Positions 15,425-23,805 of a DNA stretch of 24,000 nucleotides are shown one piece after another. Positions within the stretch are counted from its first letter, which is position 1. Each line of letters starts with the position of its first letter. The notes below the pieces were generated by a model, which searched no databases, was not told the DNA's origin, and saw only the letters and a program-made list of their open reading frames with translations. Where the stretch lies: assembly GCA_002314685.1 (NCBI GenBank), contig DCHB01000065.1, positions 19,007 to 43,006 of the forward strand. Reading direction: 5' to 3'. The position numbers were made by a program, and so were the translations under genes. This DNA comes from Clostridiales bacterium UBA1763. GTDB lineage: Bacteria; Bacillota; Clostridia; Oscillospirales; Oscillospiraceae.

Positions 15425-16732
15425 ATGAATTCTATGAACGATATATGGGAGGCAGTGCTTGAGGTGCTCGGCAGAGAGCTTACGCCGACCGCTATTTCAA
15501 CATGGTTTGCCGACTGTCAGCCTATCGATTTGAACGACTCCACCTTCGTTGTTCACACTCCCTCGGAGTTTAAGAGAAACATCATTCTCACCCGCTTTGC
15601 AGACACCATTAAGCAGTCTCTTTCGGATATTTTTTCAACCGACATTAACCTTATGGTGCTCGCAGGCGAGGAGTTCGGCGACTATCAGGCGTGCAAGCCC
15701 GACGATGACCCTCTGCCCGAAATGGCGGGCTACACCTTTGACAGATTTATAGTCGGCAACTCAAATCGCTTTGCTCACAATGCCGCCTATGCCGTATCGC
15801 AGAAGCCCGGCAGTGCTTACAATCCGCTGTTTATTTACGGCAACTCGGGACTCGGCAAGACTCACCTTCTGCTCGCTATCGGTCAAGCTATTCGCGAAAG
15901 AGAGCCCGCCACAAAAATCGCCTACATCAAGGGCGACGATTTCACAAATCAGCTTCTCAAATCCATTAAAGAGGGTACGGGCGAGGAGTTCAGACTCAAA
16001 TACAGAAACGTCGATTTGTTCCTCGTTGACGATATTCAGTTCATCGCGGGCAAGCAGGCAACGCAGGAGGAATTCTTCCACACCTTCAACAATATCTACG
16101 AGGCGGGGCATCAGATAGTTATTACCTCCGACCGTCCGCCCATTGATATGAGCCTTCTCGATGACCGTCTCATGTCCCGTTTTCAGGGCGGACTCATGGC
16201 GGATATTCAGCCGCCCGACATTGAAACGAGAATGGTCATCACCCGCGCAAAGGCGGCACAGCTCGGACTCGTGCTTGAGGATGATGCAGTGGCTTATATA
16301 GCCGAGACCATTACCACCAACGTCAGGCAGATTGAGGGCGTTATAAAGCGTCTCACAGCCTACAAGGAGATACTTGACAGCAAGATAGATACAGCCGCAG
16401 TCAAGCGTGCCATAAAGGATGTTGTGCGCATCGGCACATTTATCCCCTCTCCTCAGCTTATTATCCGCGAAAGCGCACTTTACTACTCTCTCAAGGAGGA
16501 GGATCTGCGCGGACAGAACCGTTCCAAAAATACCGCGGTTGCAAGACAGATTGCAATGTATCTCATCCGCACACTGACAAATCTTTCGCTCAAGGAGATA
16601 GGCGCCGAGTTTGAGGACAGAAATCACTCGACGGTGCTTTCATCCATCAAGAAGATTGAGGACATGATCAAGACCGATCCAGCTATGGCGGCAACGGTTC
16701 GAGACATCACCTCAAACATAAATTCGAACTGA
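15425..16732 (+). CDS. dnaA: Chromosomal replication initiator DnaA
   Basis: It aligns along its length with Bacillus-type DnaA (YTFDRFIVGNSNRFAH, GNSGLGKTHLL, LVDDIQFIAGK, TSDRPP, the C-terminal DNA-binding helix RNHSTVLSS). Start is ATG 15425 or 15434. The ORF-track start at 15386 is an unlikely extension. Confidence 0.9.
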   Translation: MNSMNDIWEAVLEVLGRELTPTAISTWFADCQPIDLNDSTFVVHTPSEFKRNIILTRFADTIKQSLSDIFSTDINLMVLAGEEFGDYQACKPDDDPLPEMAGYTFDRFIVGNSNRFAHNAAYAVSQKPGSAYNPLFIYGNSGLGKTHLLLAIGQAIREREPATKIAYIKGDDFTNQLLKSIKEGTGEEFRLKYRNVDLFLVDDIQFIAGKQATQEEFFHTFNNIYEAGHQIVITSDRPPIDMSLLDDRLMSRFQGGLMADIQPPDIETRMVITRAKAAQLGLVLEDDAVAYIAETITTNVRQIEGVIKRLTAYKEILDSKIDTAAVKRAIKDVVRIGTFIPSPQLIIRESALYYSLKEEDLRGQNRSKNTAVARQIAMYLIRTLTNLSLKEIGAEFEDRNHSTVLSSIKKIEDMIKTDPAMAATVRDITSNINSN

Positions 16733-16978
16733 TTTTTACCCCCGAGTTTTCAACAATCGGATTTATTAAAACCTGTTACCGTATGTTGAAACTCAAAACC
16801 GCCTGTTTTGCCTGTTGAAAACGCGAAATTTGTGCACATTTTTGTCAACACGGAAAATTGAGCGTTATCAAGCGTTTCGGGCACTTTCCCACAAGTTTTT
16901 TTTCTACTGCTATTACTACTGAATTATTTTGATTTATAGCTTTATTTAATTGTGATTTTTTAATCGGGAGGAATTGAA
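16733..16978. other. oriC (dnaA-dnaN intergenic origin): degenerate DnaA boxes, DnaA-trio-like trinucleotide run, AT-rich unwinding region
   Basis: TTTTCAACA lies at 16747-16755 and inverted at 16813-16821. Other boxes are GTTTCAACA (inverted, 16784-16792), TTGTCAACA (16842-16850) and TTTCCCACA (16885-16893). CTA CTG CTA TTA CTA CTG runs 16904-16921, followed by an AT-rich stretch at 16922-16962. Confidence 0.65.
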
Positions 16979-18085
16979 ATGAAACTCACCTGCGAAAAGC
17001 ACGTTCTTCAGTCTGCCGTTGCCGTCAGCGCGAGGGCTGCGGCATCAAAAAGCCCCATTCCCACACTCGAGGGTATTCTCCTTGAGGCGGGCGAAAGCCT
17101 GAGAGTTACGGGCTATGACCTTAAAAAGGGTATCTATACAAATATTGAGGCTGAGGTTACTCAGCCGGGCTCAATAGTTTTGGATGCAAAGCTTTTCGGC
17201 GAGATGGTAAGACGAATGCCCGACGGTATGATTTCCATTGACTGCGATGAGCAGAACATGACAACCGTTAAATGCGGAAAAACTGAGTTCAGCTTTATGG
17301 GCATGGATTCCGAGGAATATCCCGAGCTTCCCTCCGTTGACGGTCTCAAGACCTACGAAATCGAGCAGGGCATTTTGAAGAGCATGATCAATCAGAGCAT
17401 ATTTGCCGTCAGCGACAATGATGCACGCCCCGTTTACACGGGCTCGATGTTTGAAATAGAAAACGGCGTTCTGACCTTGGTATCCGTTGACGGCTACCGT
17501 CTTGCACTGCGCCGCGAAAAGATCGAAGGTCCCGAGGAGCATAACGAGTTTATAGTTCCCGGTGCCGCGCTTGTTGACTTGGAGAGAATTTCCGCAACAG
17601 ACTCCGAGGAAAAGATTAAAATTTCCGTCGGCGGAAATCATGTTTCCTTCACAGTCGGCGACACGGTTATCGTTTCCCGCAGACTCGAGGGCGACTTCCT
17701 TAATTACAGAAAGGCACTGCCCGAGAATTTCAAATTTACGGTCAAGGTAAATCGCTCGGAAATGCTCAGAGCAGTTGACCGCGTTGTGCTTATTGTTGAC
17801 GAGAAAACTAAAAATCCCGTGCGTCTTTGCTTCAATGAGGGCTTTATCGACTGCCTGTGCAAAACTCCCATCGGTAAGGCGGAGGATGTCTGCTTCTGCG
17901 AGGGTAACGGCGAGGGCATGGAGATAGGCTTCAACGGCAAATATCTCATGGACGCACTCAAGGCGGCACCCGCCGAGGAAATTTATGTGTGCCTCAACAC
18001 AAACTCATCGCCCTGCGTGTTCCTGCCCGCAGATGAAAGCGACAAGTTTAAGTTCATGATTTTGCCGATAAGACTCAGAGCATAA
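16979..18085 (+). CDS. dnaN: DNA polymerase III beta sliding clamp
   Basis: The 368-aa product has a typical N-terminus (MKLTCEKHVLQSAVAVSARAA..PIPTLEGILLEA) and a C-terminal MILPIRL motif. The GGGAGG RBS precedes it, and it lies downstream of dnaA. Confidence 0.9.
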   Translation: MKLTCEKHVLQSAVAVSARAAASKSPIPTLEGILLEAGESLRVTGYDLKKGIYTNIEAEVTQPGSIVLDAKLFGEMVRRMPDGMISIDCDEQNMTTVKCGKTEFSFMGMDSEEYPELPSVDGLKTYEIEQGILKSMINQSIFAVSDNDARPVYTGSMFEIENGVLTLVSVDGYRLALRREKIEGPEEHNEFIVPGAALVDLERISATDSEEKIKISVGGNHVSFTVGDTVIVSRRLEGDFLNYRKALPENFKFTVKVNRSEMLRAVDRVVLIVDEKTKNPVRLCFNEGFIDCLCKTPIGKAEDVCFCEGNGEGMEIGFNGKYLMDALKAAPAEEIYVCLNTNSSPCVFLPADESDKFKFMILPIRLRA

Positions 18086-18094
18086 GGAAAAGCT

Positions 18095-18307
18095 ATGGAA
18101 AAAATTGAAATCAGCACGGAATTTATAAAGCTCGACTCGCTTTTGAAATTTGCCGCACTCGTCGGTACGGGCGGTGAGGCAAAATACGTGATTGCAGAGG
18201 GCATGGTTAAGGTCAACGGTGAGATCTGCACTCAGCGCGGCAAGAAAATTTACGCGGGCGATAAGGTCAGCTTTGAAAATAACGAGCTTGAAATTGTTAA
18301 AGCATGA
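18095..18307 (+). CDS. yaaA: S4-domain RNA-binding protein YaaA
   Basis: The product is 70 aa, with IKLDSLLKFAALVGTGGEAKYVIAEGMVKVNGE. It occupies the conserved position between dnaN and recF. Confidence 0.85.
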   Translation: MEKIEISTEFIKLDSLLKFAALVGTGGEAKYVIAEGMVKVNGEICTQRGKKIYAGDKVSFENNELEIVKA

Positions 18308-19404
18308 AAATTAACAGAATAGCCCTTAACGGCTTTCGTAATTACGATTTTGAAACTGCGGAATTTTCGCCCGAGACGAATGTAATCTACGGCGAAAATG
18401 CGCAGGGCAAAACTAATCTTTTAGAGGCGGTTTATATTTTAGCTGCGGGCAAAAGCTTCCGCACGAGATTTGACCGCGAGCTTATAGGCTTCGGCTGTGA
18501 TTCGGCTGAAATTTTAGCCGACATTGAAAGTCATGAGCGCGAGCAGACGGTGAGAATTGTTTTCCGCAACGGTGTCCGCAAGCAGATAACGGTCAATGCC
18601 GTTAAGAAGACTGCCTCGGAGCTCAGCGGAACACTTACCGCGGTGCTGTTTTCTCCCGATGACTTAAATCTTATCAAGGAGGGCGCGGCGGCACGGCGCA
18701 GGCTTATGGATAACGCCATAAGTCAGATAAGACCGCGCTATGCGGAGTATCTTTCGCAGTACAACAAGCTTTACGAGAGCAAGACGCGAATACTGAAGGA
18801 TTGGCGCGAAAAGCCCTCACTGCTCGACACGCTCGACGATTTTTCCGACGGGATGTGCAGATATTCTGCTCAGCTCATCCGATACCGCGCCGCATTTGCC
18901 GCAAGGCTTGCGGAGGAGGCGGCACCCATTCACAGCGAGTTTTCGGGTGCGGGCGAGAGGCTCGGAATTGAGTATTCAACCGTTTCGACGGTTAAAAATC
19001 CGACGGGCTCCGCGCAGGAGATTTATTATGATTTGTGTGAGCATCAGGAGGCGCACCGCAAGGCTGAGATTGAGTCTCAGCAGTGCCTCACGGGTGCGCA
19101 TAAGGACGACCTTCTGATTTCCATAAACGGTCAGACCGCGCGCAGCTTCGCAAGTCAGGGACAGACGAGGACGGCGGCACTTTCAATAAAGCTTGCCGAG
19201 CGCGAAATCTATCTTGACGAGACGGGCGAGTATCCGATTTTACTGCTCGACGATGTTTTGAGCGAGCTTGACACACGCAGGCAGGAGTTTGTGCTCAACC
19301 GCATAGGCGGCGGGCAGACGCTCATCACCTGCTGTGAGGATGAGGGTATTTCAAACCGCACGGGAGGCAAGGTTCTGCACGTTGAGAAAGGCAGGATACG
19401 CTGA
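18304..19404 (+). CDS. recF: DNA replication/repair protein RecF
   Basis: It has Walker A GENAQGKTNLLEA, an SMC-like signature GQTRTAALSIKLAE, and Walker B ILLLDDVLSELD. The start overlaps the yaaA stop (ATGA). Confidence 0.9.
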   Translation: MKINRIALNGFRNYDFETAEFSPETNVIYGENAQGKTNLLEAVYILAAGKSFRTRFDRELIGFGCDSAEILADIESHEREQTVRIVFRNGVRKQITVNAVKKTASELSGTLTAVLFSPDDLNLIKEGAAARRRLMDNAISQIRPRYAEYLSQYNKLYESKTRILKDWREKPSLLDTLDDFSDGMCRYSAQLIRYRAAFAARLAEEAAPIHSEFSGAGERLGIEYSTVSTVKNPTGSAQEIYYDLCEHQEAHRKAEIESQQCLTGAHKDDLLISINGQTARSFASQGQTRTAALSIKLAEREIYLDETGEYPILLLDDVLSELDTRRQEFVLNRIGGGQTLITCCEDEGISNRTGGKVLHVEKGRIR

Positions 19405-19670
19405 TGTATCTGCATTTAGGCTCGGGTGCCGTTGTGCGCACGGAGAGCATTATCGGTGTGTTCGACCTTGACAACACAAGCCAGTCGCATATTACGAGAA
19501 AATATCTTTCCGCCGCTGAAAAAAGCGGTCAGGTTATAAATGTTGCCGAGGATATTCCGAAGTCCTTCGTCGTGTGCAGTGACGCGGACGGATGCAGGGT
19601 TTATCTCAGTCAGATGGCAACGCAGACACTCTTAAAACGAGCAAACGATAAAATCACTGATTTTAAGTGA
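19404..19670 (+). CDS. remB: DUF370-family protein (RemB/YaaB-like)
   Basis: The product is 88 aa, with GVFDLDNTS..ITRKYL..AEKSGQVINV..IPKSFVV. It occupies the conserved position after recF. The start overlaps the recF stop. Confidence 0.8.
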   Translation: MYLHLGSGAVVRTESIIGVFDLDNTSQSHITRKYLSAAEKSGQVINVAEDIPKSFVVCSDADGCRVYLSQMATQTLLKRANDKITDFK

Positions 19671-19880
19671 TGAACTAAGAGTGAAGAGTGATGAGTTAGC
19701 GGGCTCATTGCGCTACGCTCCATTCACCCCTACGGTGTTGGATTTAGTCTTCATCCGTTTACTAATCACTCATAGTTCATAGTTCATCACTCGCAAAGCG
19801 GGCTCATTGCGCTACGCTACATTCACCCCTACGGCGAAAAACTAAGTCAGCATCCGTAGGGGGGAATGAAATGACCCCGC
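19667..19880 (+). repeat. Inverted heptamer tail, then two R units (99-bp period), then a complete 15-bp-stem hairpin
   Basis: The GCGGGCTC anchors are at 19699 and 19798, and the core 15-mers at 19721 and 19820. The hairpin pairs 19820-19834 with 19854-19868, followed by AAATGACCCCG. Confidence 0.85.
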
Positions 19881-20709
19881 AATACTTGCAACAAAAAAAC
19901 GGAGGCGCTTATGCAAGAGAACAGAGAATATCCTAAACGCAAGCAAATCCGTTTGCCGAATTATGACTATGCTTCTAATGGGGCATATCACGTGATAATT
20001 TGCACATTAAAAAAACAGAAAATTCTATCAGAAATTATCCCGCCCGCAGACGAGCTTTCACCCCCGCAAATAAATCTGACAGAAGTCGGCACAAAAGCAG
20101 AAAAAGCTATACAGGCATTCAGCCGTCGATACAGCTTCATTCACATTTCTGAATATTGCATCATGCCGAATCACATTCACCTGATGATTGAATACGGAGC
20201 AGAAGAGTCTTCGAAAATTAAAAGCGTTTCCTTAAGCAATGTGATAAGCAGATTGAAAAGCACAATAAGCGTCGCCGCAGGGCATAAGCTGTGGGAGAAA
20301 AGCTTTTACGAGCATGTTATCAGAGACGAGCAGGACTATATAGCTACAATAAAATACATTCAAGATAACCCCGCAAAATGGAATCTCGATAAATATTACC
20401 TATAGCAAACAGTTTTGACATTGGTTAGACGGGCTCATTGCGCTATCGCTCCATTCACCCCTACGGTGTTGGATTTAGCTTGCACCCGCTTACTAATCAC
20501 TAATAGTTCATAGTTCATCACTCTTAAAGCGGGCTCATTGCGCTACGCTTCATTCACCCCTACGGTGTTGGATTTAGTCTGCACCCGTTTACTGATCACT
20601 CATGGTTCATAGTTCATCACTCACAAAGCGGGCTCATTGCGCTACGCTCCATTCACCCCTACGGTGTTGAATTTAGCTTGCACCCGTAGGGGGGAATGAA
20701 ATGACCCCG
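19820..20709 (+). mobile_element. Hairpin-bounded RAYT/IS200-like unit (possible mobile or domesticated element)
   Basis: Identical-geometry hairpins (15-bp stem, 19-nt loop, same strand) at 19820-19868 and 20650-20698 bracket the transposase gene plus two R units. Confidence 0.45.
19911..20405 (+). CDS. IS200-like HUH/Y1 tyrosine transposase of the REP-associated (RAYT, COG1943-like) type
   Basis: It has RLPNYDYASNGAYHVIICT at the N-terminus, the HUH motif PNHIHLMI, and a C-terminal WEKSFYEHVIRDEQDY...YIQDNPAKW. The GGAGG RBS is 5 nt upstream. G+C is about 38% in a sampled stretch. Confidence 0.85.
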   Translation: MQENREYPKRKQIRLPNYDYASNGAYHVIICTLKKQKILSEIIPPADELSPPQINLTEVGTKAEKAIQAFSRRYSFIHISEYCIMPNHIHLMIEYGAEESSKIKSVSLSNVISRLKSTISVAAGHKLWEKSFYEHVIRDEQDYIATIKYIQDNPAKWNLDKYYL

Positions 20710-21046
20710 TCTTTTCAATCTCGGTTAAACGCTTCATCTAATCGTTTTTGCAGGTGTCCCGACCGGTGACATTCTGCTAAAGTCAAGATGTACCCTAACT
20801 AATCAGTGCACAGCAAAGTTCAGCACAAAGCGGGCTCATTACGCTATCGCTCCATTCACCCCTACGGCGTTGGATTAAGCTTGCACCCGTTCACTAATCA
20901 CTAATCACTCATAGTTCATCACTCACAAAGCGGGCTCATTGCGCTATCGCTTCATTCACCCCTACGGCGTTAGATTTAGCTTGCACCCGTTTACTAATCA
21001 CTCATCACTCTTCACTCTTCACTTTTAGTTCTTAGTTCATCACTAA
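20429..21046 (+). repeat. Array of five R units (99-100-bp period) interrupted by a complete hairpin and a long S module (20716-20797)
   Basis: The GCGGGCTC anchors are at 20429, 20529, 20628, 20830 and 20930. The core 15-mers are at 20452, 20551, 20650, 20853 and 20953. The array ends in heptamer-type tails and an A/T run at 21045-21056. Confidence 0.9.
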
Positions 21047-21155
21047 AAAATTTTTTGTTAAAATAATTTTTTTGTTGTACGCAAACGTACAAGTTTTGCC
21101 CCGATGCGCCGTATGGGTAGAGGAGCAAATTTACAGTTGAAAGGCGATTTGAAAA

Positions 21156-23087
21156 ATGTCCGACATTAACGAAAAAATTACACAGGAATATGACGCCTCG
21201 CAAATTCAGGTGCTCGAGGGACTCGAGGCAGTCCGTAAGCGCCCGGGTATGTATATAGGCTCGACCTCGTCATCGGGTCTGCATCACCTCGTTTACGAAA
21301 TTGTCGATAACTCAATCGACGAGGCGCTCGCAGGCTACTGCAACCGTATTGAGGTAGTAATCGAGCCCGGCGACGTTATTTCCGTCACCGATAACGGACG
21401 CGGCATCCCCGTCGATATTCAGGAGCAGACGGGCAAGAGCGCTCTTGAGGTCGTATTCACCGTTCTGCACGCGGGCGGCAAGTTCGGCGGCGGAGGCTAT
21501 AAGGTCTCGGGCGGTCTGCACGGTGTCGGCGCATCTGTCGTCAACGCGATGAGCGAATGGCTCATCGTTCAGGTACACAAGAACGGCAAAATTTATGAAA
21601 TGCGCTTTTCAAGAGGCAACATCACGCAGGAGATGCGCATAGTCGGCGACACTGACCGCACAGGCACAACAGTGCGCTTCAAGCCCGATCCCGAAATGTT
21701 CGACGAGACCGTTTACGACTATGAAATTCTGCACACCCGTATGCGTGAGCAGGCGTTCTTGAACGGCGGACTTTACATTTCCACCGAGGATAAGCGCGAG
21801 GGCAAGGAGCAGAAGGACGAGATGTGCTACGAGGGCGGCATCCGTGAATTCGTCAGCTTCATAAATCAGAACAAGACCCCCATGCACAGCGACGTTATCT
21901 ATATGCGCGGCGAGCGCGCCGACTCTGAGGCGGAGATTGCCCTGCAATATAATGACAGCTACAACGAAATTACGGTTTCGTTTGCAAATAACATTCACAC
22001 CCCCGAGGGCGGTATGCACGAGACGGGCTTCCGCACCGCATTAACCCGCGTGCTGAATGCTTACGGCATAAAGGCGGGTATTCTCAAAAACGACGACAAG
22101 CTTTCGGGCGAGGACTGCCGCGAGGGTATGACGGCGATTATTTCCGTCAAGCTCACCGAGCCGCAGTTTGAGGGACAGACCAAGGCGAAGCTCGGCAACA
22201 GCGAGATGAGAACGCTTGTTGACAGCGTTGTCTCCGACAAGCTCGAGCAGTTTTTAGAGGAAAATCCCGCAGTCGGCAAGACAATTCTTGAGAAGGCGAT
22301 GACCGCATCGAGAGCACGCGAGGCGGCAAGAAAGGCAAGAGAATCCGTGCGCCGCAAGACGGGGCTTGAATCGGGACAGATGCCCGACAAGCTTCAGGAC
22401 TGCAACGAGCGTGACCCGAGCCTCTGCGAAATTTACATCGTCGAGGGTGACTCCGCCGCAGGCTCCGCAATTCAGGGCAGAGACTCCCGCTTCCAGGCGA
22501 TTCTTGCCATGTGGGGCAAGATGCTCAACGTCGAAAAGGCAAGAGCAGATAAAATTTACGGCAACGACAAGCTGTACCCGCTAATAGTCGCTCTCGGCGC
22601 GGGCATAGGCGATGAGTTCAACATCGAAAAGCTCCGCTACCACAAGATAATAATTATGGCCGATGCCGATGTCGACGGTGCTCATATCAGAACGTTACTT
22701 TTAACATTCTTCTTCAGATTTATGCGTCCGCTTATAGATAACGGCTACGTTTATTCGGCTGTTCCGCCGCTTTATAAGCTTACAAGAGGCAAAAACACGA
22801 AGGTTGCATACTCCGACGAGGAGCGTGACCGCATAAGTGCGGAGCTTAAGGAAGGCAATCCGAACGCAAAAGTCGATATTTCAAGATATAAAGGTCTCGG
22901 TGAAATGAATCCGCAGGAGCTTTGGGAAACGACAATGGACCCCGAAAGACGTACGCTGAGAAAAATCACTCTCGAGGATGCCGAAGAAGCCGACAGAATT
23001 TTCTCGATTCTTATGGGCGAACAGGTTGACCCACGACGTGAGTATATCGAAGAAAACGCAAGATATGCGGTAAACTTGGACTACTAA
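21156..23087 (+). CDS. gyrB: DNA gyrase subunit B
   Basis: The 643-aa product has the GHKL ATPase N-terminus ([29 protein letters not shown]), a Toprim domain ([13 protein letters not shown]-like [21 protein letters not shown]) and the tail [16 protein letters not shown]. Confidence 0.95.
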   Translation: MSDINEKITQEYDASQIQVLEGLEAVRKRPGMYIGSTSSSGLHHLVYEIVDNSIDEALAGYCNRIEVVIEPGDVISVTDNGRGIPVDIQEQTGKSALEVVFTVLHAGGKFGGGGYKVSGGLHGVGASVVNAMSEWLIVQVHKNGKIYEMRFSRGNITQEMRIVGDTDRTGTTVRFKPDPEMFDETVYDYEILHTRMREQAFLNGGLYISTEDKREGKEQKDEMCYEGGIREFVSFINQNKTPMHSDVIYMRGERADSEAEIALQYNDSYNEITVSFANNIHTPEGGMHETGFRTALTRVLNAYGIKAGILKNDDKLSGEDCREGMTAIISVKLTEPQFEGQTKAKLGNSEMRTLVDSVVSDKLEQFLEENPAVGKTILEKAMTASRAREAARKARESVRRKTGLESGQMPDKLQDCNERDPSLCEIYIVEGDSAAGSAIQGRDSRFQAILAMWGKMLNVEKARADKIYGNDKLYPLIVALGAGIGDEFNIEKLRYHKIIIMADADVDGAHIRTLLLTFFFRFMRPLIDNGYVYSAVPPLYKLTRGKNTKVAYSDEERDRISAELKEGNPNAKVDISRYKGLGEMNPQELWETTMDPERRTLRKITLEDAEEADRIFSILMGEQVDPRREYIEENARYAVNLDY

Positions 23088-23126
23088 TCAGAACACGAAG
23101 AGTACGTAGAACCCTGCGGGTTCTAC

Positions 23127-23151
23127 AGAGTTGAGAGTTGAGAGTTGAGAG
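23127..23151 (+). repeat. Tandem heptamer AGAGTTG x3 (plus a partial fourth)
   Basis: AGAGTTG occurs at 23127, 23134 and 23141. The repeat lies directly after a GTAGAACCC/GGGTTCTAC hairpin (23106-23126). Confidence 0.7.
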
Positions 23152-23168
23152 AAAACAAAGGAGATAAA

Positions 23169-23789
23169 ATGAAAAACGGGATTGATAAATTCCTGACAAG
23201 CGACAAAGTGCTTTACTCTTTGCCGTGGATTTATACGGTAAGCACAATAGCTTATGAAATAATATGTTTTATTTATTATAAGTCAATGTCGGGCATTTTT
23301 ACGCTCGGAATTGAAATAATGAATATTCTGCTTGTTTTCGGCATTGCAATATCATATAAGGTACACGAAAAGAACATAATGAAATCGCTTTTCGGTGCAA
23401 TAATGATGGAACGTGTAATTGCTTCGTTCAATCTTTTAACATCTCACTTCTCTTATGAAGGATATACATTTATAAAAGTCGAGACAGTTATAACGCTTTT
23501 GCTTTATATTCTTCTTCTTGTCAACCATCTTATTCTCGGCTACGGTCACAAGGCGAATCCGTCAAGAGTAAGTCTGAACCGCACAGTCGGTTTTCTTCTG
23601 ATTGTTATGTCGATAATAAACGGTGTCTATGAAATGAGCTGGTACATAGCAAATCCGGAATATCTTGACAGCATAATGCCGATAATTATTTCTTTGCTTG
23701 TAATTATTTCCGATGCCGCAATAGTTCTTGAAATCCTTTGCATTGAAACAAAAGTTGATGCTTACAAAATTATAAGAGAAAATAAATAA
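23169..23789 (+). CDS. Hypothetical multi-pass membrane protein (paralog 1)
   Basis: It is 206 aa from the ATG at 23169 (AAGGAG RBS, 5 nt spacer), with about six hydrophobic segments. A sampled stretch is about 37% G+C. I recognise no family. Confidence 0.7.
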   Translation: MKNGIDKFLTSDKVLYSLPWIYTVSTIAYEIICFIYYKSMSGIFTLGIEIMNILLVFGIAISYKVHEKNIMKSLFGAIMMERVIASFNLLTSHFSYEGYTFIKVETVITLLLYILLLVNHLILGYGHKANPSRVSLNRTVGFLLIVMSIINGVYEMSWYIANPEYLDSIMPIIISLLVIISDAAIVLEILCIETKVDAYKIIRENK

Positions 23790-23805
23790 AAAGAGGGAAG
23801 ATACA

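Noticed and set aside
15761-16627. A 288-aa ORF on the - strand
   Set aside because: It is fully antisense to dnaA, whose identity is unambiguous. It has no recognisable motifs.
20429-21046. A possible CRISPR array, given the regularly spaced repeats
   Set aside because: The whole ~100-bp unit is conserved between copies, so there are no unique spacers between short direct repeats. The period is too long, and no cas genes are present in the window.
23106-23126. A hairpin after gyrB as a Rho-independent terminator
   Set aside because: It has a 9-bp GC-rich stem but no following T-run. AGAGTTG heptamers follow instead. I did not call it a terminator.
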